NCBI GenBank assembly: GCA_907165135.1
Contig: OU015569.1
Location: 10,974,001-11,038,000, forward strand
DNA length: 64,000 nucleotides
Direction: 5' to 3'
Origin: Oikopleura dioica
Lineage: Eukaryota > Animalia > Chordata
Shown here piece by piece: positions 12,701 through 24,940 of the stretch. A program made the translations under genes and the position numbers. Under the pieces are notes generated by a model. That model was not told the origin of the DNA. It ran no database searches and was given only the letters and a program-made list of their open reading frames with translations. The number at the start of each line of letters is the position of its first letter. The stretch's first letter is position 1.

Positions 12701-14942
12701 ATGATTTTTCGAACGTTGTCGCCTTTTTCCATCGACACGATTCTCATGTGATCTTCCTCGTTTACCCAGACGAAGAGGTTGCGATTGTTGTTGTGATAAA
12801 TGCCACGAGCGTCTGGCCAGTGTCGTCCGCAGCCAGAAGAAAGAAGGAGAGTGCTGTCTGGTTCTTGGAAGAGGTTTCCATTCGATCGAAGCTCTTCTTC
12901 TTTCTCAAGACTCATTCCACTTGGCTTTTCGGAATAGCTTCTCGATCCGTGAAGCGGGAAATAGTCGCCTTCTAAGCTTCCTTTCAGAGTTTTCAGACTT
13001 TTGACGATGGCGCTTTCCAGTTTTCTTCGCTCTTCAAAGCCAAGACAAGGAGGCAGTCGGAAGCCTCGAACGGAGCGCCCAGTGCGGCAGCGAGTCGTCA
13101 AGACGTACTGGCCAGTCGGATCAATGGGCGTTTTTGAAAGCTTCTCGACGTTCAAATTCGTTGGATGAGTGGCATCAGCTGCATAGCCGTTGTGTCTAGC
13201 TATCAGATGGGATGAGCATAACTACCTCTTTGCTTCTTGCATATTTTATGATTTTTTTAATCATATTTTTCATCCTGTCCTGAAATGACTGGATCAAAGA
13301 GATCTTTGAAGAGAGTGTACGATTCTTCGTCTCCAGCAACCATTCCGACGGTTTTAATATGTGGATGGCCGGGGTTATCGATGCCAGTCTTGATGCAATG
13401 ACCCAAGGTGACCCCTGATGAGGTCTTCTTGTCTTTTAGTGACGCATAAAGCGCGGGATTAGCTTTAATCGCTTCGGAGAAGAATGAATTGTGAGCCTCT
13501 AAGTCAGGTAGCTCCGCTGGAACGTTAGCACCCAAAAACGTAGCGTTTTTCTCTTCGCAATAATATTCGTTGTTTCCGCAGCCAAGTTGGATCCATTCTG
13601 GCAGCTGGCGGACGGAATCAGACAATCCGTAAGGTGGATAATCCAGTGGAGGTACAGTCAGACAGCAGCCAGTGTAAACGCCAGTCTTGGAGTCTCGGAG
13701 CTGGATTTGAAAAGAGAGATTGACGAAGTTTCTTCCCTTCAAGCCGAGTTGCAAAATTTTAAATTTGTTAAGAGCTAGTTAAGCTGAATCCAAAGTCAAT
13801 CAATCGAAATAAATTATAAATGTGCAACTTTTCCTTCAACAATTTCAGGCTCCTTTCTCCAGTCGTTTTGTCTTCCTTGATTTCAACATCGTCACTAGCT
13901 TCAAATGGCGATTTTCCAAAGAACCACGTGGTCGCACGAGTAGGGGGAGAAATAACAGCCTCCAGAAAAGCTTCGCCCTCGGGTGTGATTGTTTGGTCCT
14001 CGAGAATCTTCGTGAAGGAAATCTCTGGAAACGTAACGATCGCGGACGAACGGACGGAGTCAGCGACGATGCTGACTTTGAAGGCAAGGCTGACGAAGTT
14101 TGCACCATTTTTCAGAAGAAGTTTTCTTTCTCCAGTTTCGTTGTTGCTCTCAAAGACGACATTTTCCCTGGCTGCCAACTCAGAGCCACTATTGATATTC
14201 TTAGTTCGCGAAAATTCTAAGAAATGAATATTTATTTTCCAATTACCCAAAAAGCCATTGAGTCTGCGCATCACAAGGAGAAACAGTAGCGGAGAATTGG
14301 GCGCTGCCATCTTCCCCAACAACAGCGTTTTCCAGAGGACTCGAAAATGAAGCCTCCGCAGGTGGAAAAGTCAATGAAGCGGAGGTGGAAACACCGGCAG
14401 TTCTATCAGCCTGGAGGAGGATATTGAAAGAAAGTCCAACAAAGTTCTTGGCATTTTTCAGCTTGAGAGTTCGCTCGCCACTTTCTGCGTTTGAAATTAT
14501 TTCTACGTCTTCTCCTGCATCAGAAATTGCGCTTTGTCTGAACACCGTTTTCTCATCGCTTTATCTGTTGAGTGACAACGCTAAGACCTGCTTGGTCATA
14601 AAAAACACTTATCATCAAATTGAAAGCCAATTTATAACATAAAACGAGGTGAAAGCACTTAGTCTCAAGATTTTCAAACAATAAGAATAGCTGCACTAAA
14701 ATTATTTTACGAATTTTAGCGTAAATTCATTTAGAAATTTATGGGTAAAAGAAGTTGACTTGGACTTTTTGGAGTTAGTTGAGTTCGTTGATGAAATTTT
14801 TATTTATGAAAATATAGAAAATTTATTGAATTACCCAAAGAACCAGGTCGCTGGCCAGTCAGCTGGAGAAATGACCGCGGTGAGGATGGCTGAGCCATCG
14901 TCATTGATGCACCCGTCGGCCAGGGGCTTGGTAAACTCCACC
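6783..14942 (-). CDS. Giant Ig-fused four-domain creatine-kinase-type phosphagen kinase (Ig x3, kinase x4, Ig, tail); 5' end unresolved
   Basis: Four repeats each with [46 protein letters not shown] and ISNADRLG; Ig-like repeats 13690-14942; I-set Ig 7720-7970; in-frame splicing traced through to ...GMKNH*. Confidence 0.95.
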
Positions 14943-17031
14943 TATAGACACGAGTTACACCAAGTTCGCTAATCCTCTCTATCTGAGTCAAACCTGCACT
15001 TCGGAGGCCATTCTCGAGTTAGATTGGACCTTACAGCCATTTTCACAGCCTGGATCAAAATTGATCAAAGGGGGATTAGCGCTAAATTCATCCCCCGGCC
15101 TGACCATGCCTTAGTAACTTACTACCTTTTATACTTTTTATATCGAAGTTCAACGAATCATCTTTACAATAAATTGATTATTTTTTACTGAGCGCAAGAC
15201 AATAAAGCCTTTATTTTTGATATCCAATAAATTCATTCTTTGTAAAAAAAAATCCTTGATGCTTAGATTCTAGCTCCCAGAGTGGGAATCTGATTGCGCT
15301 AAATCTGATGAAATGGTTTATTGACAAAATGGAACGGACGGCATTTTTTCTTTGACTGTTTGGACGGATTCCGTTCAACTGCCTGTGCAACTGTATTAGA
15401 ACTTATGCGAGTATTTGAAAAGAAAAGAGTGTTTTCCAATTATCTCTGCCAATTAGGCCGACCCTTGTCAAATTAAACCTAAAGTCAGCGCGGAGGACAA
15501 AAAGTTATATTGATCTCAGTTTAACTAATAGTAATACAGTACAATCTGAATGCAAACTAGAACACTGTATTTTCTGAAGAAAGAACTAGAATCCTTGTTT
15601 ATATTGTCAATTAGATATGATATCTAAGATATCGAAATCGTGGGCCATTATTTCTAGTTGAAGTTCGACCCCAGATATCAGTGATAATTTACTGATAATT
15701 TGAAAAAAATGGAATGACTCTGGAATTATTTTTTACGCGACTTTCCAAAATTATTTGGAGGGGATTTTCTAATTGAATTTTTTGAAATAAAGAGTTGTTT
15801 GAAGAGGCGAGTTAAGTTTGGTCTGCTGCGGCGAGTGAGCAAATTAACTGGATATTTTTTTCTGGTTGAGTAGGGTGCGGTCGGGTGGGGGTTAGGAGAG
15901 TGCTCCCCTGGGGCAGCGCCTTCGAAATCCTCTTTTTCTCCCAATCATCTTCAATCGATCTTTCGCCAAAGCGAGAGCATCTCTACTCCCCAAGAAATAA
16001 GCACGCCCTGTACGAGTAGTGTGTTCAACACTTTCTCACTCCGCTTATTCTCCAAGAGAGATATAGAAACGAAGAAATCAAGGAAGACAACGAAAACGAC
16101 GGGAGTGCGAGTTAACGCGCAAACAGAGCGACTTTCTGTTCATGACCCACCGATGGAGAGAAGTTTATGAAGTGGTTCGGTTGGTGCTTCCTTCCTTTAG
16201 GCGCGGCTCGGAAAAACATGCAGTTAGAAAGGGACTGTAATGATGTGAACCCATTTCGAAAATAATTTTTCAAGATAAAGTAACGTTCGTAGCGGAATAA
16301 ACAGACTAGAAAAACAATAATATCGGCACCCCACCTCCTTGGTTCTTGATTATTTACAGGACTTTTGATAACGAAAGACCATGCTCATATAATAAGAGAT
16401 ACAGTTAGCTTTCGGAACTGAAGATGAACTGGGAGATGAATAAATAATACGTACCCGTTCCTGTACTCGTGTCCTTAATACGTGTCCCGTACTGTATATT
16501 TAACCATAAGCCTAAGAATTCCTCGAGATATTCATTTTTATTTGTGAAAGTAGTGTTTTGATTATCGATTACTCTGATTACTCTTGAGGTCAACTGAGTT
16601 ACTGGAGTTTGATTAAAAGTTATTTTTTATTTCAAAAATTCTTTTTCGAGCCCCAAATAAGCTCTTTTACAGAAGTCAGTCGATTTTGAGAGCGCGTGGG
16701 ACGCAGAAACTGCACTACTCAATGACATTTTCGCTGTATATAACAAAGTAAGTATACTTTGCCAATACTGTATTGCCTGCTTCTAAAAATGACGGCTCAT
16801 TTTGTAAATTAACAAGGAGCAGGCGGCGGATCAATTATCTATCACTGGCGAAGGGACACTTTTGTTAAAATTATAACAAATTATCCGCGATTCAACGCGC
16901 TTGGATGTATATTTCAAAGATCTATTGACTTTCTGTCACATTTGGCGGCGCATGCGCATGAGTTAATTCGTTCAATTGTGTCGACGTGCCAATCGCTTCC
17001 TGGAGCAACACCCGCCCTCATCAATTTTTCA

Positions 17032-19470
17032 GCTGATACGACCGGTCAACAGCTTCACAGAGCCGGTGGTGGTGACGCTATCGCTAGAAATTACGCAGAT
17101 ACTCGATGTCGACGAAAAGAACCAAGTCATCGCGGTCGAGTGCTGGCTCAGGCAGCAATGGAGAGATGTACATTTGCAGGAAACAGACTCACAAATCTCA
17201 AATTCATTTTCAATAATTAATATTCATTATGCAACGGCAGATTTGTGAGTGGCAAAAAGTGGAACCCGGAACAATACAAAAAGATCGAACAACTTCACAT
17301 TCCAGAAGATCTAATTTGGAAGGTAAAATAATCCATGTCTCGTTCGAACTGGAACATTTCATTTCGAATTTATGTAAAGTGGACATTGCAAAGTTCACAA
17401 AAAAAAACATTTGATAAGATAAATCCCAGAGGAGCCTTAGTTTGAGAAATTAAGAAATAATGAAGATTTAATCATCTACGCTCTCGATCTCCTATTGTTT
17501 TAAGCTTCATAGGAGTTACTATGTTCTCGGTAACACTCAAAGATTCCCCAATTCTAGCGCCGCGGGCTTAGAGTAATAACTAAGGTTCTAATTGAAAGCT
17601 CTTTGGAAAACCTTTGATGAAGAAATTGTTCGATTTCTATTTTTATGTAGAATCTTCAAGAAATATTTTTCTGTCGATAAAATGTCGCTGCTGTCAGAAA
17701 GCGCCATTTCAGTGCTACAGTCGAGCGTGTAACAGTTGTTTCGTTTAGCCGGACATCGTCATGTTTCAAAACGCAGATGGCAACTTCACGGGACAGTTCG
17801 AAACGAAGGCGATCTTGTCGGCGAACGGGCAAGTGAACTGGGAAGTGCCCATGATATTCAGATCCTCGTGCAAAATCGATGTCACCTACTTTCCGTACGA
17901 CACGCAGAACTGCTCGCTCACGTTCGGCTCGTGGACTTATGACAAAGAAGGCAACGGAGAATCCGCTCTTTTTGAATCAATGAACTTTCCGTCCCAACGT
18001 CAGACTAAATTATTTGCTCAAAATTAAATTTTTATCAACACAACTTTTAGAGTATAAATTAGACTCTATCTGATAGACTTTCATCAAGAATTCCGACTTT
18101 AGAACAAACTTTTCTCCTAGACATAATGTTGCACTCAACTATAAATGCGTATCTCCTCAAAAAGAAGTGGATCTGATGATGGGCGATGTCCAGGCAGAGT
18201 CAGTCCTCGCCAAGTTTGTAAAAAACGGCGAGTGGGACTTCCACCACGTCGAGGCTGTTCGACACAACTCGCTCTTTGCCCTGCACGACAACGAAAACGA
18301 CACTCGCAAAGCAGGTACAATCGAAACAAACGCGTTCGCTTATAATTTCTTTTGATAGTGAATAAGTTTCGTTATATTTTATTTTTTCGTTGCATAAATT
18401 GATGAGTGTGTTCAGGGCACAACCATGAACTGACGCAATTCGACGTGTTCGATCATCCAGACATTCAATTTCGGCTGGTGATGCGGCGCTACCCGCTCTT
18501 TTACAACGTCTTCCTCATCACGCCATGTCTTCTCATTTCATTCCTCACCGCGCTGGTTTACTATCTCCCGTGTTCTTCGCATCAGAAAATCACCTTTTGC
18601 ACCTCAGTTCTGCTAGGTATCTTTATATATCCTTGTCTTAACCTCGTACCTATCCTTTTTTCTAGCGCACACTTTCTACCTTATGGTGATAGCAGAAATC
18701 ATCCCCTCTACTGGCGACACGATACCTCTGATTGCCGAGTACTTGCTCCTCAACATGATTTTCATCACGCTTTCCATCGTGATCACTACTCTAGTTTTGC
18801 CAAGGGTTTTCGATTCTTCAGTTTTTTTTTGGGAACTTGACAACACGGGCGCGCCTGCAATTTTGGATTTCCTACTGCACGGGCTATCAATTAAACTTTG
18901 CTTTTTATTCATAAAAGAATCAAGATTAAACCCTGAGTAGAATATACATTACCGCTCGCCTTCCTCTCATCCACCACTGCCGGTGTGGATGCGCCACTTC
19001 TTCCTCCGCTTGCTACCGAGAGTGCTTTGCGTGTCGCCGCCAAATGACGAGCTTGGGATGCTCCTCGCCAAACACGAATGTCAGCTTACACTACATCTAC
19101 TTATAAATGGTCTTCCAGAGAGGTAACAAGAGAAGAAGGTCTCATAATTATCATCTGCTTCAGTGAAAACATCATCCGCGACCAGGCGAGGCGGCTCGCC
19201 CGGGCCGACCACATTCCCGAGGAGTTTGTCCAGACCGCGTCCGACATCGACGACATTTCGCAAAAGTACAAAGACGAGATTCGAAACCAAACTGTAGGAT
19301 CCTTTTCCTTGCTCAAAATAACTCTTTTCTAGGAAATCTCCGAGTGGCGTTTTGTGGCAATTTTGATGGACAGAATCTTTCTCTATCTTTTCCTGCTCGT
19401 GTCGTTGTTTGGGATCGTGGTGCTCTTCCTGCCTGCTTGGGTCGACTACTCTTCCAAAGCCAACAAATAG
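17032..19470 (+). CDS. Nicotinic acetylcholine receptor subunit, non-alpha type; 5' exon not resolved
   Basis: LIRPV...VDEKNQ; [11 protein letters not shown]; Cys-loop [17 protein letters not shown]; GSWTYD; TM1-TM3 ([36 protein letters not shown]); TM4 [14 protein letters not shown]; no vicinal CC in loop C. Confidence 0.93.
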
Positions 19471-20325
19471 ATTAACATATTATTTTTGCACAAACAACTT
19501 TTCAAATAGCCATAGCAACATAATATTGGTGAGACCTTTTCAACTTCTTCTGACCCTGAAATGCAAAGCCTAATAAAATTCAATTAAATATTCTTTAGCC
19601 GTCTTTTTATTTATAATTTCAAGTTGAACTAGGGAGACATCAACGTCAAAAAGTTATTTCGGGAGAAAATTAAAAAGGTGAGTAAAAAAAAAGAGAAAAA
19701 TAAAAGAATCATAAATTGGAGTCATCAGCTTTGCTCATCTCCTCGTCGATGTATTTGATCTCCGAATTAGTAACAAGCACTTATGATATAAAAGTGAATT
19801 TCAAAATCTGATTATTTTTAAATATTTTAGACAAAGTCAACTAAAAATATTTCCATCAGATAACGGTCAAGAGGCCCTCTACAGGGTAGTTTGGTTCAAC
19901 CCCCCGCTGAGGAAGCAGATTCTGTGGCGCCCTCTTTCGGTTGATTTTGCAATAAAACTGAGAGCTACAGGCTACATGCACATCAAAATATAAAATGGAA
20001 AAACTTTTTCTAGCGCAGTAGGAAGAATTTGCTGAAATCGTGCAAGCACTACTTCGATAAACAATAAATAACTTGCGAAAAAACCTGCCAGTCTTATAAA
20101 AAGAATGAAAAAGAATCGTGAATAAAAAGAAGGACTTTTGAAAATGATTATCTTTATTTTGTCTGAATAATAGAAATGTAGAAGTAAGAAGGCACATCAA
20201 AAATGAAAATCGGAAGGAAATGAAAAGCTCTATATTTAAGAGCTGAACTTGTTTGTTTTTAGCTCGTAATTCCTGATGTTTTTTTTTTCACAGAAATCAT
20301 GGAAGAGAACACTTTTGGGTAGGCT

Positions 20326-23300
20326 TCAATTTGAAAAGATTGAAATGCGGCCGGCGTCGTCGCCAGTTGCGATGAATAAAGTTGAGGAATGTAAAGGAAG
20401 CGTAGAAGGAACTGATACGGTGTTTATGCTTGAAGTGTGCATCTGAAATGACTGTAAGTTGCGTTCACGATTCGAGACCTTTCTTACCTTGAATCGTTGC
20501 CATTTCGAAGCGCTCTCGTGTCGATCACTAGAAATGCGCCAGCAATAGGTGGCCCCATCCTCGGAGCCGCAAAAGATCAACTTCTGGACTGGAGAATATA
20601 CAGCCGAAATTATCAGATGCTCTTTTATTTGGACGCCTTTGTATCTTGACGTCATTTGAAAACTGTCGAGCGAGAAGACGCGAATTCTAGAGTCGCCAGA
20701 AGTCACGAGAACTGATGATTTTTCGTCAACAGTTGAAATTCCTAAAAAAAAAAACATAAAAAATCATCCCTCTTCACTTTTTTACCTGTAACTGGTTTTT
20801 CCGAAACCACAATTTCGGTATAATAATTGAGCTTCTCCAGCTCTCGTTCAAAAATAATAACTCGCCCGTCGAAGGTGCCAACAAGAAGCCACTCTCCAAA
20901 TTTGACAAATTCAACGCAGTTGATCATCTCTCCATTTTTCAATCGAGGTTGCAGATGAGCATAGGCCATGACTTTCTCGGACATGATGTCCCAAAATCGA
21001 ACAATTCCGTCGACACTTCCAGAGGCGAAGAATGTTGGGTGTTCTGGGTGGAAACAGACGCACTAAAGTAGTTTTAAGAAAAAAAATTCAATTCTTGATT
21101 TCACTATGAACACTAATTTAGAGGTCAATTGAAGCCATGTGATTTCAATAAGCTCAAAAAGATCACTGGAGGAGTTTATCAGCGTCTGGCCTATCTGTAA
21201 GTATCGAAACGAGAGGATAGTCGAATAAGACCATTACCTTGACAGGTTCAGGATGTTTCAGTGTCAAAATCGCCTCCATCTTGCTCATGTGCCACAAGCA
21301 AACCGAACAGTCACTGCTGGCACTCAACAGCCAATCATCCCCAGACTTCTTGCTCCAAGCTAAGTCGAGTATATCGCCGCTATGGCCAAAATACTGGCGG
21401 AAGGGCACGTCGCAAAATAAATCGTCCGAGTTTGAGCTTTTACTCGTCATCTTGTATTTTTCGCTGTTCGAGGCAGCGTTGAGGATGAACACGGTGATTT
21501 GCGATTCCTTTCCTCCAGCAGCAAGGAGGGTTGAATCGGCGTTGAGCTTCAAAATGTAGATCGGAGACGATTTGCTTTGGTGGCTCAGCTCCTGGACAAA
21601 GCTCAAATCAGACAGTGGCAAATTGTTCGAGCTTGCCCTCAGCAGCTTTTTTGAAGATTTGAGCTTGAGGCTGCCGCTAGAATCGCTCTTCTTACTCATC
21701 GCGCAATCCAGATCAATGTCCGATTCTGGAGGGTCAACGGAGAGTTGGGAGGATTGAGAGTTTTGCTTCAGCGGGTTTTGTCGAGTTCGAAATTTGAGAA
21801 AACGAGACTTGAAAGTTTGGTGAATTCCTTTCACTTTTCGCGCCATGGCGGAGGCGGAAGAGGCAATTGAAGACATTTCAGATGAAAGGGATGAAATTGA
21901 ATCGCATTTTTCTGCAATATTTTTTTTAAAGGAAGCAATTGTAAACCAATAGGTTTTTACCTAAATTTGGAGGCGATTGGGGAGCAATGAAGTTATCAAC
22001 TTCGCAGACTCGTTGAGTTTCGGCGCTAGTTGGAACTTCCGATGAATCAACTTCATTCAAATCGTTTTCTCTGTAAGAATCGCGGCGCAGACTCAAGTTC
22101 GTTCTTGCCGCCATTCGAGAGTGAGTCGATCTCAAAGAGCTTCGGATCGAATCGTCCCTAGGTTTAACTTACCTCAAACGAATTAATGAATTGCTCTTTA
22201 CCGTTTTAATTTTGCATCTCCGTTCAATTCCTCGACAAGTTCGGCACAAGAAAAGTATCGGGAGTTCATTTTTTCACTGTCAAGGCTGGATCTCTTAGAG
22301 TCGTCTTTTCAAGGATATTTTTGGCAAAAGCTAGATTGTCTATTTGCTAATGCTAACTTCGTGTTTATCAAAAATCTCTGGTGAATTAACTCTGTTTCCC
22401 TCGGGTATAAATTAATAGGGGGTAGGGGGTCGTAAACTTGATTTCTTACTAGCGTTTTTGATCAGAGTACACATAGCTCGAAAATCTGTGTAATTTACAG
22501 ACCTTTAAGACCTGAGAGAAGATCTTGAAAGAGGCCTTTAAAAAGCGACTTCGGCAGAAAAGAATAAAGATGGTAATTTCGGTGAAGGTGAATTTTGTTT
22601 ACGCGGCTTTTATAAAGTCTCTTTCAGGATCCTTGAAATCAAAAATATATCCTCTCCTTCAAATTTCTTTCTTCTCCGATCCAACGAGGATGTCTTTGAC
22701 TTATACGCGTTTTCAAAAACGGATTCAACAGAGCTTGTGCCAGAGTAATCTTCTTCCAAATTCTTCGGAGCAAACAGCCTCTTTTTTCAGCGTTTTGAAA
22801 AAGAAGAAAAACCGACGCCGCTACTAGCGCGATGGACAGAGACACGGGAAAATATTAAATTTGATCCGAAGGCTGCGATCGATCGATGAAACCAGATCAT
22901 CCTTTCGGAGTAAGAATAAATTACAATTTAAAACGCGAATGTTTCCTTTGTGAATTCGGCTGTGATCGAGTCGACGGTCGAGTTGGGAGTCAGAAGAGCA
23001 TCGTCTTGTCCTAGTTGGTTACTTTCATTTGATAACTGTTCTTGTTGATAGATTTCAAAACACCCGAAAGGAAAAGTCTTACTTGATGCAGAGTCTTTAC
23101 TTTTGAAGTTGAAGCCTGAACCTAAACGGAAATTCACAGGAAGCGTGTTTGGACGAGGCGCGGATTTCGAGAGGCCGAATTTTGGTGGAGGAGGTCGAGG
23201 CGGTTTTTCTTTTGAAGGAGTTGCTAGAGAGAGAGGATATTATTCAAGGGTTAGATGTTCTTAGGCCCGACAAGATTGTGACCTCGATTTCTACTAAGCT

Positions 23301-23494
23301 GTAGCCTACAGCCTGTAGGTCTAACAAAACTCGCAGTCACCTGATTCCTTCGAAAGCCTCGGCTTCGGCAAAACTTGGCCATTGTCTCCATCACTAGCTA
23401 CAGGAATGAAACAACCGTTTGCTTCTACGGTTGGAGTCTCGAGATCTTCGACTGTATCACTTTCGGCATCATAGAACTCGTCGCTCGAGCTCAT
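20326..23494 (-). CDS. WDR44: WD repeat protein 44 (Rab11 effector)
   Basis: N-terminus MSSSDEFYDAES; WD repeats GHSGDILDLAWS, CFHPEHPTFFASGSVDG, VLVTSGDSRIRVF...RYKG. Confidence 0.85.
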
Positions 23495-23634
23495 AAACAA
23501 CCTGAATTGAAATTTGATTGAGCAACGCTTTTTTTAAATAGAAAAATATTGGCATTTAAATATATAAAAATAATTTGCATAGATGAAGATGGTTTTGAGC
23601 GAAAAAAAGGGGAGACGACTGTGTCTCCCAAAAT

Positions 23635-23967
23635 TCAAGAAGAACGGAAAAGAACAGTTGAACTCGGCTTGGAAATGATATCTTCCAAAATGATCTCGGG
23701 AGCAACGAGACTCTTTTGCGTCAGAAGATTCTTCGTCGTTTTCTTTCTCAGTCCTCCCGTACGAACGTCCCTGACAATCTGCTGACCCAGCTCTCTGTAG
23801 ACCTTAGCAGCCATCCCTGCTATCTTCTTTTTTTCTTTGCAGATTTCGATTTCGCGGAGCATTTGGGCCTTTTCATCCTTTAGTTGCTGGAAGAATTTTG
23901 GACCTTCGCATTCTTCAAGTTCTTGGAGTTCTTTTCGGACAGCCTTTGAATCGTCGTTTTCTTTCAT
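23635..23967 (-). CDS. Small orphan coiled-coil protein (110 aa), upstream of WDR44
   Basis: ATG-initiated single-exon ORF with charged helical composition, ending 140 nt before the WDR44 ATG. Confidence 0.6.
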   Translation of the reverse strand: MKENDDSKAVRKELQELEECEGPKFFQQLKDEKAQMLREIEICKEKKKIAGMAAKVYRELGQQIVRDVRTGGLRKKTTKNLLTQKSLVAPEIILEDIISKPSSTVLFRSS

Positions 23968-24107
23968 TCTTTTTATCGGTTATTAAAAAGGGATGCATCT
24001 AGATTTGAGAAATCGGTTGAGAAAATCAGTTTATCAATAATCAGATTTCAGTCATACCTACAGCGTCACTTTCGAAAAAGACCGTTTTTGAGAGACTACC
24101 GGGAAGA

Positions 24108-24840
24108 ATGAAGGACTACTACAGAACTCTTGATGTTACGCCAGAAGCATCGACGGCTGAAATTAAAAAAGCCTACCACAAGATGGCGAGAAAGTTTCAC
24201 CCGGACAAGAATAAAGGTTTGCTTTTATCATGACTTGAAAAGCTTCTAAATAATAAATAGATCAAATTATATAGTATAGTCAAGACGGTAAAAATGACAG
24301 TTTATTTAGCGAAGGACGCGCACGAAATGTTCATCCGGATAAAGGAAGCGTACGAGGTGCTCTCTGACCCGGTGAAACGAAAGCAGTTCGAAGCTGCACG
24401 AGCTGGACCTCGTAACTCTCGACGACATCGCTCGACAAAAGCACGTCGACCACATCCATACAAGCGTCCAGCGCAAGAAAAGGTTTGTCAAAAGCACTTC
24501 ACAGTTTATCTATTTAAACTTTTCTTTAGGAGCCAGAAAAGCGAAAGGGAACTTGGATTGAGCTGACCCTTTATTGGGTCAATTACCCTGGTGGTGAAAA
24601 AGTGAACATTCATAAGCTTCGAAAGGCGCTGAAGATGTGGTGGATCAAAAAAGAAGGCGACTATGTAAAAATAAACTATAGGTAAGTAGATTTCATACTA
24701 TTTTACACAATGACACTGTCAACACTATCAATGATTATTTCAGTAAGCATTCGAAAGCCGAGAGAGATGCTGCAGTTCTACGAGACCAGTTTCCTAAAAT
24801 CGTCGTCCGCTGGATCGATAAGTCGGACTTGATAAACTGA
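24108..24840 (+). CDS. DnaJ-domain protein with a possible degenerate RRM-like C-terminus (DNAJC17-like layout)
   Basis: [10 protein letters not shown]...[18 protein letters not shown]...AYEVLSDP; four exons with GT-AG introns. Confidence 0.85.
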
Positions 24841-24940
24841 GGCTTTTAATAAAACTTACTAAAAACTAAAAAGTCTCATTATTTCAAATTTATGAGTAAA
24901 AATAATGAAATCCAGCAGGGCAGAAACTTTATATGGCAAT

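Noticed and set aside
8244-14642. Many plus-strand ORFs of 60-180 aa
   Set aside because: Antisense shadows of the kinase and Ig coding exons; they repeat in step with the kinase units
15726-15990. First exon of the giant kinase gene
   Set aside because: Possible, but no unambiguous ATG or splice phase links it to the exon at 14942
19868-19990. RNase MRP RNA or hammerhead ribozyme
   Set aside because: Only isolated motifs (GAAAG, CTGAGGA) are present; the required core order and the conserved CR-I/CR-V sequences are absent
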